Source of the DNA: Paracoccaceae bacterium | Lineage (GTDB): Bacteria > Pseudomonadota > Alphaproteobacteria > Rhodobacterales > Rhodobacteraceae | Length of the DNA stretch: 64,000 nt | NCBI GenBank assembly: GCA_007693835.1 | Contig: RECW01000142.1 | Coordinates: forward strand, 36,887-100,886 | Direction: 5' to 3' | Shown here: piece after piece, positions 63,726-64,000 of the stretch | Layout: each line of letters opens with the position of its first letter | Numbering within the stretch: the stretch's first letter is position 1 | Translations under genes and position numbers: made by a program | The notes under the pieces: generated by a model | The model's input: the letters and a program-made list of their open reading frames with translations, nothing else | Told to the model about the DNA's origin: nothing | Database searches by the model: none

Positions 63726-64000
63726 GCGCCGAGCAGCAGCCGGGCGCCGGTCTCGACGCCCGAGAGATCGACGGCGGCCCGACCTCCGCGCCCCCGCGCC
63801 GCCGCGCGCTCGACGGCGGCGGCGAGCGTCTCCGGCGTCAGGGCGTCCTCCGCCAGCGTCTCGAATTGCGCCAGGCCGGCGAACGCTTCCGCGCGCAGCC
63901 GCTGCTCGCGCTCGGCGCCGTCGAGGGGGACAAGCACCGCCGGGGTTCCCGCTTGCAATAGGTCGACGGCGGTGTTGTAGCCGAACCGGCTGACCGAGAC
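63716..64000 (-). CDS. Glycosyltransferase, C-terminal part (GT28/MurG-like C-terminal domain); the 5' end lies beyond the window
   Basis: The frame stays open to position 64000: VSVSRFGYNTAVDLLQAGTPAVLVPLDG... The track shows only the TTG-initiated 80-aa tail. Confidence 0.55.
   Translation of the reverse strand, partial: VSVSRFGYNTAVDLLQAGTPAVLVPLDGAEREQRLRAEAFAGLAQFETLAEDALTPETLAAAVERAAARGRGGRAAVDLSGVETGARLLLGAQE

Overview
High-GC (roughly two-thirds G+C by eye) chromosomal segment that looks alphaproteobacterial, and probably Rhodobacterales-like. The lineage guess rests on a VPLPA-CTERM protein, an iscR-suf operon with interleaved membrane genes, a petP/petR-like MarR plus OmpR pair, and the rho-mnmE-mnmG-rsmG-parA-parB block. 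I call about 62 protein-coding genes and one tRNA-Pro(UGG). I saw no rRNA, CRISPR array, transposase, integrase or phage genes. Most of the window is housekeeping:
- an M16 peptidase and lspA;
- ilvE;
- a complete Fe-S (isc-suf) operon at 15.7-24.1 kb;
- an ABC-F ATPase;
- rho through parB with a perfect parS palindrome inside rsmG;
- a GTP-type PEPCK;
- dnaK and dnaJ;
- an RND efflux pair;
- yfgM-like, bamB and der;
- a peptide-type ABC importer.
The least ordinary parts are:
1. Five uncharacterised membrane-protein genes are stitched into the suf operon by 4-nt start/stop overlaps: three tiny ORFs between sufB and sufC, and two equal-length paralogues between sufD and sufS.
2. A small accessory cluster at 28-33 kb encodes an acid-ceramidase/NAAA-like Ntn hydrolase coupled to a small membrane ORF, an MFS transporter, a patatin-like lipase and a GntP permease. 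It also carries a shared 15-nt intergenic motif.
3. A VPLPA-CTERM surface protein has a Cys...Gln motif pair reminiscent of thioester adhesin domains.
4. A soluble histidine kinase is translationally coupled to a 68-aa protein.
I found no convincing evidence for a wholly new multi-gene system such as a defence island. Many very long ORFs in the track are antisense shadow ORFs typical of high-GC DNA and were rejected. All family names come from motif recognition without database searches. Start codons are inferences from SD sequences, overlaps and GC3.
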